From Salinispira sp. (GTDB taxonomy: Bacteria; Spirochaetota; Spirochaetia; DSM-27196; Salinispiraceae): a stretch of DNA of 64,000 nt. Position numbers and translations under genes: made by a program. The DNA is taken from positions 2,624,001-2,688,000 of the forward strand of contig OZ271918.1 in assembly GCA_965602015.1 (NCBI GenBank), given 5' to 3'. Numbering within the stretch: position 1 is the stretch's first letter; every line of letters begins with the position of its first letter. Under the pieces are notes generated by a model that was not told the DNA's origin, did no database searches, and was given only the letters and a program-made list of their open reading frames with translations. Below are positions 46,833 through 56,950 of this stretch, piece by piece.

Positions 46833-47522
46833 ATGAAGAGCCCAGTTACCCGCCTTTCCGTTGCCGCCGCCGCACTGATTTTTCTCAGCTCATGCGTGAC
46901 GGTAAACCGCCTGGATGAATTTACCCTCAGCGGCAGCAGCATGGCGCCCAGAATATACACCCCCCCATTCGCCGAGGTGAATTTACAGCGGGGCACTATT
47001 CCCGGATCCGAAAACAGCACTCTTCTGGCAATCGTTGAAATTGGGGCAAATGTGGCAGTCGGTGTGCAGGAGCAAAAGCTCGAAGAACGGCTCAACAGCA
47101 TCCTCAGGGGCGAGGACCTGGAAGTGGCGCTGGAGACCGAGTTCGTACCGGAAACCGCCGTCACCCTGGACGCCATGACGATTAGCTCGACCTCGAGAGC
47201 CGATTATTTACTCGATGTTGAAGTGCGGGAATACGGAATTTATACTTCCGGCGGGGTGTATCTCAATATCAGTCTGGAGGCCCGGATCATTCACAACGCT
47301 TCGGGAGAAATCGTCTGGAGGCGCCGGCTCTCGGTTGATGAGGCCGCCAGCCCCTCGCTTTTTGGTATTAATGAATACGTTGGCACGGCAATCAACGTCG
47401 CCACCCTCGATGCCATGAGCGATGAGGAGTTGCGGGATGGTTTTCGCAGGCTCAGCGAACGGGCTGCATTCAATCTTTCAGAGCGTTTCCGGCGGGATTA
47501 CTACAAGGCCCTCAGGGGGTAG
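46833..47522 (+). CDS. Hypothetical lipoprotein
   Basis: ATG 46833 after GGAGG; lipobox LSSC. Confidence 0.75.
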   Translation: MKSPVTRLSVAAAALIFLSSCVTVNRLDEFTLSGSSMAPRIYTPPFAEVNLQRGTIPGSENSTLLAIVEIGANVAVGVQEQKLEERLNSILRGEDLEVALETEFVPETAVTLDAMTISSTSRADYLLDVEVREYGIYTSGGVYLNISLEARIIHNASGEIVWRRRLSVDEAASPSLFGINEYVGTAINVATLDAMSDEELRDGFRRLSERAAFNLSERFRRDYYKALRG

Positions 47523-47579
47523 AGAAATCCCGGCGGGGAATGCACAATATACAGGCACAACGAATAGCAAGGAGCACAT

Positions 47580-47750
47580 ATGTCTGAAAACAATAACAGC
47601 ATTTTTCTGGTGATCGCGGCGATTATTTTGCCGCCCCTGGCCGTGGGGATAAAGCGGGGAGTCAGCGGAGCCCTGCTGCTCAACATAATCCTGACCCTGC
47701 TTGGCTTCATTCCCGGTCTGGTACACGCGCTTATCGTCATTTTTAAGTAA
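47580..47750 (+). CDS. YqaE/Pmp3 family small membrane protein (56 aa, absent from the ORF track)
   Basis: AAGGAG RBS; MSENNNSIFLVIAAIILPPLAVGIKRGVSGALLLNIILTLLGFIPGLVHALIVIFK. Confidence 0.92.
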   Translation: MSENNNSIFLVIAAIILPPLAVGIKRGVSGALLLNIILTLLGFIPGLVHALIVIFK

Positions 47751-47835
47751 AAATCCAAATACCGGCGGGAGAAAATAAACCCTCCTTCCGGTACATAGCA
47801 GACCTCTCCAGCTCCTTCGATTATACTGTTGAACT

Positions 47836-48597
47836 ATGGACATATTTTGGACAGATAACCCAATCGAAGACGGCGGGAGGCTGCAAAAACAGTCTGAGAA
47901 TCTCAACATCATCATCAGCAGGCACGGTGACGAGCTAATGCTCGCCGGCTTGGGCCCGGAGGATCAGGATCTGGACGACGACGATATTCCCTGGCAGCGA
48001 TTCGTAACCGGCAGCGAGGAAATCGTAATCCGCTTTACTCCCCTTACCCCCGACAAACCTGTGGTGGTAAACCCCGAGTATCCCGTGCAGATTCTTCCGG
48101 GGCAAAGCGCCCGCTTTTTTATCCTGCTTCCCGCCTGGATCGAAGTGTCGGTGCAAAAGTCCAGTCCAGTGGTGCTCAGCGAAATCCCGTCGGCACTCCT
48201 GTCCGCCACCTGGTTCGGCGGACCGCTGGACGGAATCTTGAGCTACAGTCTTAACTCACCGGCCATTCGCCGCAGCGAAAGCTCCTCGCTTCCCACTCCG
48301 GGGGAACTGCAGATCATCACCCCTCTGTCCCTTCGAAACCGCTCCCAGGAACTATTGTCCCTTCAGGACCTAAACATCCACTGCGAACATTTGCGGGTAT
48401 ACCGGGGCGAAACCAGAAACTGGACCAACGAAATCCAAATTAGCTACTTCGGGGGCGAACAGCCCAGCAAGGTTTTATACGTGGAGAAACGGCCGACCTT
48501 CGAAGAAACAAGCAGGGAACACAGCGGTCCACGGATCAAAATCAGGCAGGATCCCCTGTCCAAGAGCTACAGCTTTTTGAAGAACTTCACCGCCTAA
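47836..48597 (+). CDS. DUF432-like hypothetical protein
   Basis: PDKPVVV.P, TWFG.P..G.L.Y; upstream of MscS. Confidence 0.6.
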   Translation: MDIFWTDNPIEDGGRLQKQSENLNIIISRHGDELMLAGLGPEDQDLDDDDIPWQRFVTGSEEIVIRFTPLTPDKPVVVNPEYPVQILPGQSARFFILLPAWIEVSVQKSSPVVLSEIPSALLSATWFGGPLDGILSYSLNSPAIRRSESSSLPTPGELQIITPLSLRNRSQELLSLQDLNIHCEHLRVYRGETRNWTNEIQISYFGGEQPSKVLYVEKRPTFEETSREHSGPRIKIRQDPLSKSYSFLKNFTA

Positions 48598-48617
48598 GCG
48601 GTCATGAGGAACGAACT

Positions 48618-49520
48618 ATGCAAGCCTTAAATCTTGAAGGAATGATGACGACTCTCAGAGAGGACGTGTTTACTCCTGATTTCCTGGAAAAATTACTCGG
48701 CGTCGCGGTCATCCTGGTCATCGGATTCGCCATTCTCAACATCATCAAGGTCATCGTCATCCGAAACATCCGCCAGCGGCTCAGCGCTCAGACGGTCATG
48801 CTGACCCGAAAAATAATCATATACACCGGCGGTTTTTTCGTAATCTTCATCGCCCTTCGGGAGGCCGGTCTTGATCTCAACATCCTGCTGGGTACCGCGG
48901 GGGTCGCGGGTATCGCCATCGGTTTCGCCAGTCAGACAAGCATCGCAAACATCATCAGCAGCCTCTTTCTCATTTCTGAAAAACCCTTCGAGGTGAACGA
49001 CGTCATTAAAGTGGGTCAAACCAGCGGTATCGTCCTGTCAATCGACCTGCTGTCGGTGAAAATCCGCACCTTCAGCAACCAATTTATCAGGATCCCCAAC
49101 GAAACCATAATCAACTCCGAGGTGACGAACATAACCCGCTTTCCCATACGCCGGCTGGATATCGACCTCAAGGTTGGTTTTGACGAGGATGTCGGTCGGG
49201 TTCAGGAGCTGCTCATGGAAATCAGCTCCACCAATCCCAACTGTCTAGATAATCCCGCGCCGCTGTTTATCTTCAAAGGCTTCGGTGAAAGCGCGATTGA
49301 ACTGTTTTTCGGCGTGTGGTTTGAGAAGGCCAGCTATCTGGCTACGAAAAACAGCATCATGGTGGAAATTCAAAACCGCTTTCGGGAAGAAGGCATAGCC
49401 ATCCCCTACCCCGGAATCCGTGTGGTATCGGGCCACGAAGCGCCGGTGAACGATGGGTCGGTACTCGATGGGTCGGTGCATGATGCGTCGGCGGAAGTAC
49501 CTCAGCAGGAAAACCGATAA
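48618..49520 (+). CDS. Small-conductance mechanosensitive channel (MscS family)
   Basis: GIAIGFASQ...NIIS, KPFEVND.I, IPNE, F..FG.S, F...GI.IP.P. Confidence 0.92.
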   Translation: MQALNLEGMMTTLREDVFTPDFLEKLLGVAVILVIGFAILNIIKVIVIRNIRQRLSAQTVMLTRKIIIYTGGFFVIFIALREAGLDLNILLGTAGVAGIAIGFASQTSIANIISSLFLISEKPFEVNDVIKVGQTSGIVLSIDLLSVKIRTFSNQFIRIPNETIINSEVTNITRFPIRRLDIDLKVGFDEDVGRVQELLMEISSTNPNCLDNPAPLFIFKGFGESAIELFFGVWFEKASYLATKNSIMVEIQNRFREEGIAIPYPGIRVVSGHEAPVNDGSVLDGSVHDASAEVPQQENR

Positions 49521-49538
49521 TAAGGGTATACTGTTCGC

Positions 49539-50906
49539 ATGGAAAAGCCAAAACCATGCACAGAACGGGAATACCGGGCATACCTCGATCAGCTTATTGA
49601 ATTCATCGCCATACCGTCGGTGTCCCGAGACCCTGAGCGCAGCGAAGATTGTGCCCGGGCCGCCCGCTGGCTCGCCGATGCCGTCGGCGCTTCCGGCAGA
49701 AATATCGAGCTCATCCCCCACGATCCCCACCCGGTGGTCTACGGCGAAATGGGCTCCATGGACCCCGATGCCCCGGCCGTTCTGGTCTACGGCCATTACG
49801 ATGTGGTATCCGAAGGAGCAACCTCGCAGTGGCACAGCCCCGCCTTCCGGGCCGATAAACGGAACGGCTTTCTCTACGGCAGGGGAGCCGCTGATATGAA
49901 GGGACCGCTGCTGGCCAGCCTATTCGCCGCAATCAGGGCCGTCGAAGCCGCCGGAGATGAATATCCATGGAAAATTATTCTGCTGTTCGAAGGCGCCGAA
50001 GAAGGGGGCTCGTGGAGCATCAGGAAAATCATCGAACAACACCCCGAGCGCATGAAGGCGAATTTCGCCTTCTCCGCCGACGCAGGCATGTATTCCTATA
50101 ATCAGCCTTCCCTGACGTTAAGCGTGAAGGCCCTCTGCGCCGTCAACTTCCGAATAACGGGCATGGAACGGGATCAGCATTCGGGAACCTTCGGCGGCGC
50201 CATAGACAACCCGAACCGCGTCATGGCCGGCATTATTGCCGGGCTGCACAACAAAGACGGCAGCATAACGGTGGAGGGGATGTACAACGATGTTCCGGAA
50301 ATTACCGATGAGCAGCGCCGGGATCTTGAGATACTCGGTATGGACGAGGAACACTTTTGCTCGGGAGCCGGGGTAAAAAGCCTGTGGGGTGAGGCGGGAT
50401 ACAGTCCCGCCGAGCGAGTCTTCCACAGACCGTCGCTGACGGTCACCTACATGGAGGGCGGACAGCCGATGAACATCATTCCGGCGAAGGCCTCGGCCAT
50501 GGTTTCGGTCAGGCTGGTTCCCGGGCAGGATGAGAAGCGGGCGCTGGCAGCCCTGGAGGCTCATCTTATGAAGGCTTGTCCGCCGCATATGACCCTCGAA
50601 ATAACCGGAAGCGGGTCCTACCCCGGCGCCTGGATAGACCGGAGCCACTTTGGGGTACAGGCCTTGTCCGGGGCCATGGAACGGCATTTTTCCAGGCGGC
50701 CCCTCATGGTTCCCGGGGGCGGTGGAATACCGGTAATTGCCTATATGCAGCAAATTCTCGGTATTCCCTCGGTGCTCACCGGAATCGCGGCGGTTGAGGA
50801 CAATATCCACGGAGCCGACGAACGGATTCATCTCGAAAACTGGCGCAGGAGCATAGACTCCTATGCGGATTTTTTCTCCATGCTCCCCGAAGCAGAGCCG
50901 GCCTAA
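49539..50906 (+). CDS. M20/M25/M40 family metallo-dipeptidase
   Basis: YGHYDV, GRGAADMKG, EGAEE.GS, DQHSG.FGG, GGGIP, HGADE. Confidence 0.9.
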   Translation: MEKPKPCTEREYRAYLDQLIEFIAIPSVSRDPERSEDCARAARWLADAVGASGRNIELIPHDPHPVVYGEMGSMDPDAPAVLVYGHYDVVSEGATSQWHSPAFRADKRNGFLYGRGAADMKGPLLASLFAAIRAVEAAGDEYPWKIILLFEGAEEGGSWSIRKIIEQHPERMKANFAFSADAGMYSYNQPSLTLSVKALCAVNFRITGMERDQHSGTFGGAIDNPNRVMAGIIAGLHNKDGSITVEGMYNDVPEITDEQRRDLEILGMDEEHFCSGAGVKSLWGEAGYSPAERVFHRPSLTVTYMEGGQPMNIIPAKASAMVSVRLVPGQDEKRALAALEAHLMKACPPHMTLEITGSGSYPGAWIDRSHFGVQALSGAMERHFSRRPLMVPGGGGIPVIAYMQQILGIPSVLTGIAAVEDNIHGADERIHLENWRRSIDSYADFFSMLPEAEPA

Positions 50907-50924
50907 AAGCCGGCCCCATTCCCG

Positions 50925-52967
50925 TCATACCCGGGCCATCATGTCATGAAGGCCGCCGCCGTTTTCCACATTTTCATAGCCTGACTGGGCCAGTATGCGC
51001 TGGGCATACGACGATCGGGCTCCCGATGCGCAGTAGACGATGATCTCCCTGCCCTTGTCGCCGATTTCGCCGATCCTGTCGGGCAGCTCGTCCAGGGGAA
51101 TATTCACCGCTTCGGGAAACCCGCCGCCGGCGAACTCTCCGGGGGTCCGCACGTCGATAACCAGGGGACCGTTGCCTGTGACTCCCGAATCTCCCGCGGT
51201 CTCCCGGTCAGTCTCGTCCGGGGTGTTGCCGCCGGCTTCCAGGTCTTCTATGCTTTTGCGCTCAACAGGGAACAGACCCACCGAAAGCTTCTCAAGCGGA
51301 TAGGCCCGGGCAAAACGCTCCAGGGACAGATAACCACCGCTGAGGTTCCAGACCTGGTCAAAGCCCGCGGACTTGAGCATTCTCAAGGCCACATGTCCCT
51401 TTTGCCCGTCATGGCTGATCAGCAGGATTGCATGGTCTTTCGGCAGCTGACTGAGATTGTCCCTGAGTATGTTCTGGCTGACATTGCTGCTGCCGTATAA
51501 ATTCGCCTTTTTAAAGCTGATGGGATCCCGCAGGTCCAGGGCGATGGGCTGCTTCTCGGCGGCGAAATCTTCCAGATCCGCTGCGAGGATAGAGGGACTG
51601 AAACCGCTTTTGTGGTTGACGGCGGTAAATGCCGCCATGTTTACCGGTCCGTTGGGGCTGTTGAACGGCGGAGCATAGGCCAAATCGAGCTCTTCGAGAT
51701 CGGATATGGTCAACCCGCCGGCGATGGCCGCTGCGATAACATCGAGCCGCTTGTCAACGCCGACCCGCCCCGCAGCCTGGGCGCCGAGAACAGCCCCGCT
51801 AGTTCGGTCGAACACCAGCATCAGACTGACCTTTTCTGAGCCGGGGTAGTATGCGGTGTGGCTCGCCTTGTGTACCACCACGGCGTCGGCATCATAGCCC
51901 GCTTCCCGGGCGGCCTTGAGACTCATGCCGGCGGAACCGGCGACGGCGCTGAAGACTTTGACAATGCTCGTTCCGCTGGAACCCCTGTAAGCCTTGGTTC
52001 CCCCCAGGGCGTTTTCCGCCGCCATACGGCCCTGGCGGTTCGCCGGGCCCGCCAGGGGAATGCGGACCTTTTTGCCGTTAATGCTGTGTCGGATCTCGCA
52101 CATATCACCGGCGGCGTAAATGGCCTCGTCGCTGGTCATGAGTCGCTCGTCGACCAGCAGCCCGCCAGCTTCACCCATTTCCAAGCCCGCTTCCTCCGCC
52201 AGCTTGAGACTGGGACGGACGCCTACGGACAACAGCAGCATGTCGGTCTCGATAACGCTGCCGTCATTGATGCTCAGGCGATTCCCCGAAATACCGGTCA
52301 TCGATTTGCCGAGGTGGAGTTCGACGCCGAAATCAAGGAGCTCCCTGGTGAGAAAGCCCGCAAACTCCCCTTCGAGATTGGGCATGATCTGAGGGGCCAT
52401 TTCAACCAGGCTCACCTTCATACCCCGCTTCGCCAGGGCTTCGACCATTTCCAGGCCGATAAACCCGCCGCCAACCACCGCCGCGCTTTTTGGCTCATGT
52501 TCTTCAATGTGACGATTGATCGCATCCATGTCGTCAAGGGTCCAGAGCTGGAAAACATTTTCCTGCTCTACTCCCGGCAGCGGGGGCACAATTGGCTTGC
52601 CGCCCTGGGCCAAAATCAGCCGGTCGTATTCGAAGGACATCTCTTCGCGATCCGCCCCCTTCACCGCGGTAACCCGCCGGCTCTCCCGGTCTATCGAGAG
52701 GGCTTCGGTGCCGGTATGCACCGTGACCTGGTATTGGTCCCGGAAGGTCTGTGGGCTTGCGAGAATGAGGTCCGAACGGTTCGCGATGTCCCCGCCTATG
52801 TAATACGGCAGACCGCAGTTGGCGAAGGACACGTCATCGCCGGCCTCGAGTATGGTTATCTCCGCATTTCCGTCCAGGCGGCGCGCCCGGGCGGCCGCGG
52901 TGGCTCCGGCGGCAACGCCGCCGATTATCAGTATCTTCTTTTGTTCGTTACTGGATCCGGTTTTCAT
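50925..52967 (-). CDS. CoA-disulfide/persulfide reductase-type flavoprotein with two rhodanese domains
   Basis: GGVAAG, SFANCGLPY, GGGFIGLE, DLAYAPPF; rhodanese 1 has SHDGQKG, rhodanese 2 has CASGARS. Confidence 0.9.
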   Translation of the reverse strand: MKTGSSNEQKKILIIGGVAAGATAAARARRLDGNAEITILEAGDDVSFANCGLPYYIGGDIANRSDLILASPQTFRDQYQVTVHTGTEALSIDRESRRVTAVKGADREEMSFEYDRLILAQGGKPIVPPLPGVEQENVFQLWTLDDMDAINRHIEEHEPKSAAVVGGGFIGLEMVEALAKRGMKVSLVEMAPQIMPNLEGEFAGFLTRELLDFGVELHLGKSMTGISGNRLSINDGSVIETDMLLLSVGVRPSLKLAEEAGLEMGEAGGLLVDERLMTSDEAIYAAGDMCEIRHSINGKKVRIPLAGPANRQGRMAAENALGGTKAYRGSSGTSIVKVFSAVAGSAGMSLKAAREAGYDADAVVVHKASHTAYYPGSEKVSLMLVFDRTSGAVLGAQAAGRVGVDKRLDVIAAAIAGGLTISDLEELDLAYAPPFNSPNGPVNMAAFTAVNHKSGFSPSILAADLEDFAAEKQPIALDLRDPISFKKANLYGSSNVSQNILRDNLSQLPKDHAILLISHDGQKGHVALRMLKSAGFDQVWNLSGGYLSLERFARAYPLEKLSVGLFPVERKSIEDLEAGGNTPDETDRETAGDSGVTGNGPLVIDVRTPGEFAGGGFPEAVNIPLDELPDRIGEIGDKGREIIVYCASGARSSYAQRILAQSGYENVENGGGLHDMMARV

Positions 52968-52980
52968 TACAACTCCTTAA

Positions 52981-53035
52981 TATATACTTTGTTATATATA
53001 AAAAAGTATATACTAAGAGATAAAAAAAAGGTCAA
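52981..53035 (-). promoter_or_regulatory. Promoter with overlapping inverted-repeat operator
   Basis: Minus strand TTGACC(53035-53030)-17-TATATA(53012-53007); TATATACTTT (52981-90) / AAAGTATATA (53003-12). Confidence 0.6.
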
Positions 53036-53104
53036 GTGCTCAAGGCTTTCTGGAGTTCATCGTTGGAGTGGCAGCTGCGCTGATGCGCATAGATGCACAG
53101 TGCT

Positions 53105-54490
53105 CTAGGCGATAGGCGGAAAATCGATGCGGTAGCGGACACCCTGCCCGAGGGAACTCTCGGCCCTGATGTGCGCGCCGATCTTCAGCAAAATATTGTG
53201 AACTATGCTCATCCCCAATCCCGTGCCGCCCTGCCCCCGCCTGGTGGTGAAAAACGGTTCCAGATGCTGCTTGAGTGTCTGCTCATCCATCCCCCGCCCG
53301 TCATCCTCATATTCGACGTACAGGGCCCGGCCGCGGATGCCGTAGCTCAGCCGGATTGTGCCCGGCTGCTCGGAAAGGCCGTGAGTCAGGCTATTGTTGA
53401 TGAGATTGGTGAGCACATGCCAAAGCACGCCGGGATACATGGGAAGACTGATGTCCTTATCGCCGAGGATGACCACTTCAACGCCGTCGGCTTTTTTAAA
53501 GATGCTTTGCATGCTGCCCACAATCATATCCATCTCTTCACGGATATTTTGCTCAACCGGCATGTCATAGTGCAGCTCGGCGGCGATTTTTTTAAAGCTG
53601 GTGACCAGGCTGGCCGCAATATCCAGATTCCGCTCGGCGGCGGTGACTGCCTCCATCCCGACCTCAAGAAAATCAGTCATTCTGCTTTTTGACAGGCTGC
53701 CCTCGTCCAGCCGCCGGGTAACGTCCTCGAACTCCCGGTGGAGATGGGAGATAATGGTTACGCTGTTGCCGACCGGGGTATTAATTTCATGGCTGATTCC
53801 TCCCACCATGGAACCGAGGGCCGCCAGCTTCTCCGATTCAACAAGCGCATCGGTACGTTCGGTGACTGTCTGCTCAAGGCTGACGTTGATGCGTTCCAGA
53901 TCGCCGAACAGCCGGTTTATCTGATAATTAATGTAGGCCGCAATAAAGGTGGAAATAATAATTACGAAATTGACTGCGACATAGTCGTGAATATAGAAAG
54001 TCAGGGGCAGTTGTTCCGACGGGAATATCTCGAAAAAGAAGTAATGGAAGGTCAGCAGCACCGATACGGCGCCGAGAACAATGCTGTCCCATTTGCGCTG
54101 ACTGATCAGCCCTGCAAGAAGCAGGACGAATACCTGAAAAAACCCCAGGTTATAGAGGGACATATGACTGCGGTTGCCCGCCAAATATACGGTGGAAGAG
54201 AGCATGGCGATGGCGACGAGCAGGGCGGTCAGCACTCCGGTGCTGAATGCCCCCTGGCGGATTATCAGCAAATTAATGCAGAGCAGGATGCTGAGAATAA
54301 TAACTGCTACGACGTTGGTGGTGAATCCCTGGACAAAGGCCATGCTGACTACAAACAACAGGGAAAACAGCAGAAATAGCAGATGTACATAGAGCAGGGC
54401 CCCCGCGCGGCGGAAAGTGAGGGCCGAGCTCCCCATGTACTTTTTTAGAAAATTCCGTTTCATTCGCTGGATCATAGGTCCTGGGACCAC
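53105..54490 (-). CDS. Membrane sensor histidine kinase (start uncertain)
   Basis: About 6 TM; EKLAALG..VGGISHEINTP H-box; NLINNS..HG, DDGRG, FFTT, GTGLG. Confidence 0.92.
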   Translation of the reverse strand: MVPGPMIQRMKRNFLKKYMGSSALTFRRAGALLYVHLLFLLFSLLFVVSMAFVQGFTTNVVAVIILSILLCINLLIIRQGAFSTGVLTALLVAIAMLSSTVYLAGNRSHMSLYNLGFFQVFVLLLAGLISQRKWDSIVLGAVSVLLTFHYFFFEIFPSEQLPLTFYIHDYVAVNFVIIISTFIAAYINYQINRLFGDLERINVSLEQTVTERTDALVESEKLAALGSMVGGISHEINTPVGNSVTIISHLHREFEDVTRRLDEGSLSKSRMTDFLEVGMEAVTAAERNLDIAASLVTSFKKIAAELHYDMPVEQNIREEMDMIVGSMQSIFKKADGVEVVILGDKDISLPMYPGVLWHVLTNLINNSLTHGLSEQPGTIRLSYGIRGRALYVEYEDDGRGMDEQTLKQHLEPFFTTRRGQGGTGLGMSIVHNILLKIGAHIRAESSLGQGVRYRIDFPPIA

Positions 54491-54527
54491 TATATAATCT
54501 CCGGCGACAAGTATAAATAGCCGGATG

Positions 54528-55892
54528 CTACTTCAGATAATCGAGCCAGGGTCTCTGGGCATCGACCATATGGTCCATCAACGCATCAAGTTCCTTGACC
54601 GCGGAGGTAGACGGCATGGCCAACAGTGCCTGAATCGCAAGGTTCCGGTTTTTGTGCAGCACCGCCTCGGCAATCAGATCATAGACTCCGGTATAATTTC
54701 TCAGCAAGGCGGCGAAACCCCGGGGATAATCGGCGAAGCCCACGCCCTTCACCCCTTCGGCGGAAATATGGCCGGGAACCTCCACGGCAACATCGCCGGG
54801 AAGCGACGGAATCAGGCCGTTGTTCATGATGTTTACCGCCATCTCTTCGTAGGCCGGAGCCAGACCGGACAGAGCCTCAATCATGGGCACCACCCGCTCA
54901 TGAAGGCTGGAGGTATCGATTTCCGCCCGGTCGGCGGAGGCCAGGGCCCTCCGGTAAAACTCGTAAAAATCCCGGATTCCCTGATGGTCGGCCACATCCC
55001 GGGCCCAGGGTATGTACTCTCCGATGTGGCTGTCGACGGTTATGGGCAGGAGGGAGTAGCGCTCTAGTATTTCCCTGAAAACCCCCCGGTCAGACCATGC
55101 CCGGCTGGGCTCATCCCGGTCAATGATCGGCTGTCTTGTGGCTCCCTCGGTTTCCGGTGCGTGACCGGTGCGCTGCGCGTAATCCCAAATATCACTGTAA
55201 CCCATGGCCCGGGAAAAATAATCCGGGGCCTTGGAAAGGATGTCCGGATATGCATCGCTTCCGTCGCGGTAGCGGGCCTCGACCAGAACGGAGAAATGGT
55301 TCAATCCGCCGGCCTTGAGCTCCAGCTCATCGAAATTCTTTCCGAGGATGGTTGGCAGGTAGCGCTGGAGCGAGGCGATTTCATGGCACATTCCGATAAA
55401 CTTCATGTTTGGATATTTGCGCAGCACCGCCGTGGTGATGGCGGTCATGGGATTCGAATAGCAGAACACCGTGGCGCCCGGCGCGTGGGCGTCGATATCC
55501 CCGCAGATATCCAGGATGGGGGGTATAATTCTCAGTGAGTGAAACAGTCCACCGGGCCCGCCGTTCTCACCGTATATCTGATTCAGGCCGTACTGAAGCG
55601 GGTAATTCCAGTCCTGATCCCAGAGTTCGAAGCGGTCTCCCACTTCAATCGAAATGATGACGTGGTCAGCCCCCTTCAGGGCCTGTTCCCTGTCGGTGGT
55701 GGCGCTGAGTCGGTAGTTGAGCCCCCGGTCTTCGATAAACTTTTTCCCGATCTCCTCCACCTTCTTGAGGCTTTTTGTGTTTATATCCATGAGGCATATT
55801 TCCGCCCCTTCGAGGGCGGCGCTCTGAAAAATATCGCCCATGGTCCCAAAACCGAACTGGGCGCTTCCCGCGCCGATTAAAACGATCTTCAT
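54528..55892 (-). CDS. Glycoside hydrolase family 4 (NAD-dependent alpha-galactosidase/glucosidase)
   Basis: IGAGSAQF, GENGGPGG, YSNPM, GMCHE, GLNHF. Confidence 0.9.
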   Translation of the reverse strand: MKIVLIGAGSAQFGFGTMGDIFQSAALEGAEICLMDINTKSLKKVEEIGKKFIEDRGLNYRLSATTDREQALKGADHVIISIEVGDRFELWDQDWNYPLQYGLNQIYGENGGPGGLFHSLRIIPPILDICGDIDAHAPGATVFCYSNPMTAITTAVLRKYPNMKFIGMCHEIASLQRYLPTILGKNFDELELKAGGLNHFSVLVEARYRDGSDAYPDILSKAPDYFSRAMGYSDIWDYAQRTGHAPETEGATRQPIIDRDEPSRAWSDRGVFREILERYSLLPITVDSHIGEYIPWARDVADHQGIRDFYEFYRRALASADRAEIDTSSLHERVVPMIEALSGLAPAYEEMAVNIMNNGLIPSLPGDVAVEVPGHISAEGVKGVGFADYPRGFAALLRNYTGVYDLIAEAVLHKNRNLAIQALLAMPSTSAVKELDALMDHMVDAQRPWLDYLK

Positions 55893-56001
55893 CTGTCACT
55901 CCTGTTTTATGTTATGGATGGGATAGTACTGTCGAACCGCCGGGTTTTCCAGCACATTGACATTGTATCTTCCGGGATTTCTTGCACTTTTCTTAGATCG
56001 G

Positions 56002-56940
56002 ATGTATACCATGGTCATGGGCGGAGCGCAGCATCGCGACAACGGAGAGTTTCTGAGGCGGATAATCGACGAGAGCATTGACTCGGTACGCAGTTCCAGT
56101 GAGCTCCGCTGCAGCATTCCCCGGCGCCGGGGATTGAAAAAAATCATTCCCGGAATGGTGTTTCACGAATACCACGAGCTGTTTATACAGTATGAGGGGG
56201 TGAACCGTTTTTCCCTTCCACAGGAGAGCATAGACCTGACCCCCGGCGGCATGCTTATTATCGCTCCGGAGCTTCCCCATGGAGAGCGGGCCATACCGGA
56301 TACCGCCGGGGAATTCGGCCATCTGGTCATTACCCCGGGAGAGCGCTTCCTCCAATGCCACCTTTCGAAAGCCGGTTACTTGGGCGACCGGAAGGGAATG
56401 GTGCCGCTGATCAGCTACTACGAGCGCAAGGAAGGCCCCCCGCCGGCGGAAATTCAACGGCTTTTTATTTCTCTCGTGGAGGCCGGCGAGTATAATGATG
56501 AGCACCGGGAGGGCATCGTTTCGGGCATTCTCCTGGCGCTATTGGGCTGCGTGCGCCGGGCCCTCGAGTCGGCTCCCGAACGGCCGCTGGTGAACCCGGT
56601 GGTCGAAGATACCCGGAGGCTTGTTCTTTCTGGTTATCAGAGCAGCGAATTAAGCGTCAAATCCCTGGCCGGGCAGCTGCAGCTCTCTCCCGATTACCTG
56701 TCCTGGCTTTTCCACCATCACAGCGGAGTTAACCTGAGCCGCTACATAGCAGAGGTGCGTATGGAAAGGGCGATGGATATGCTCCGGGGCACAGACTACC
56801 GGATTTCGGAAATAGCCTGGAACTGCGGCTATGCATCTCCGGCATACTTTTCCCGGGCATTTTCGTTGAATTGCGGTCTTTCTCCCCGGGATTTTCGGAA
56901 CCGCGCCCGGGGGAATGCAGCGGCGCATAAGGAGCGGTGA
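56002..56940 (+). CDS. AraC family transcriptional regulator, divergent from GH4 (start uncertain, 56002-56017)
   Basis: Cupin HEYHEL...PHGE; LS.DYLS..F and ISEIAW.CGY.S..YFSRAF HTHs. Confidence 0.9.
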   Translation: MYTMVMGGAQHRDNGEFLRRIIDESIDSVRSSSELRCSIPRRRGLKKIIPGMVFHEYHELFIQYEGVNRFSLPQESIDLTPGGMLIIAPELPHGERAIPDTAGEFGHLVITPGERFLQCHLSKAGYLGDRKGMVPLISYYERKEGPPPAEIQRLFISLVEAGEYNDEHREGIVSGILLALLGCVRRALESAPERPLVNPVVEDTRRLVLSGYQSSELSVKSLAGQLQLSPDYLSWLFHHHSGVNLSRYIAEVRMERAMDMLRGTDYRISEIAWNCGYASPAYFSRAFSLNCGLSPRDFRNRARGNAAAHKER

Positions 56941-56950
56941 TGAACCGCAA

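Noticed and set aside
49539..50906. M20 peptidase as the beta-Asp-Arg hydrolase of the cyanophycin system
   Set aside because: It is 40 kb away and not in the IadA or IaaA families known to cleave isoaspartyl dipeptides; no evidence of linkage
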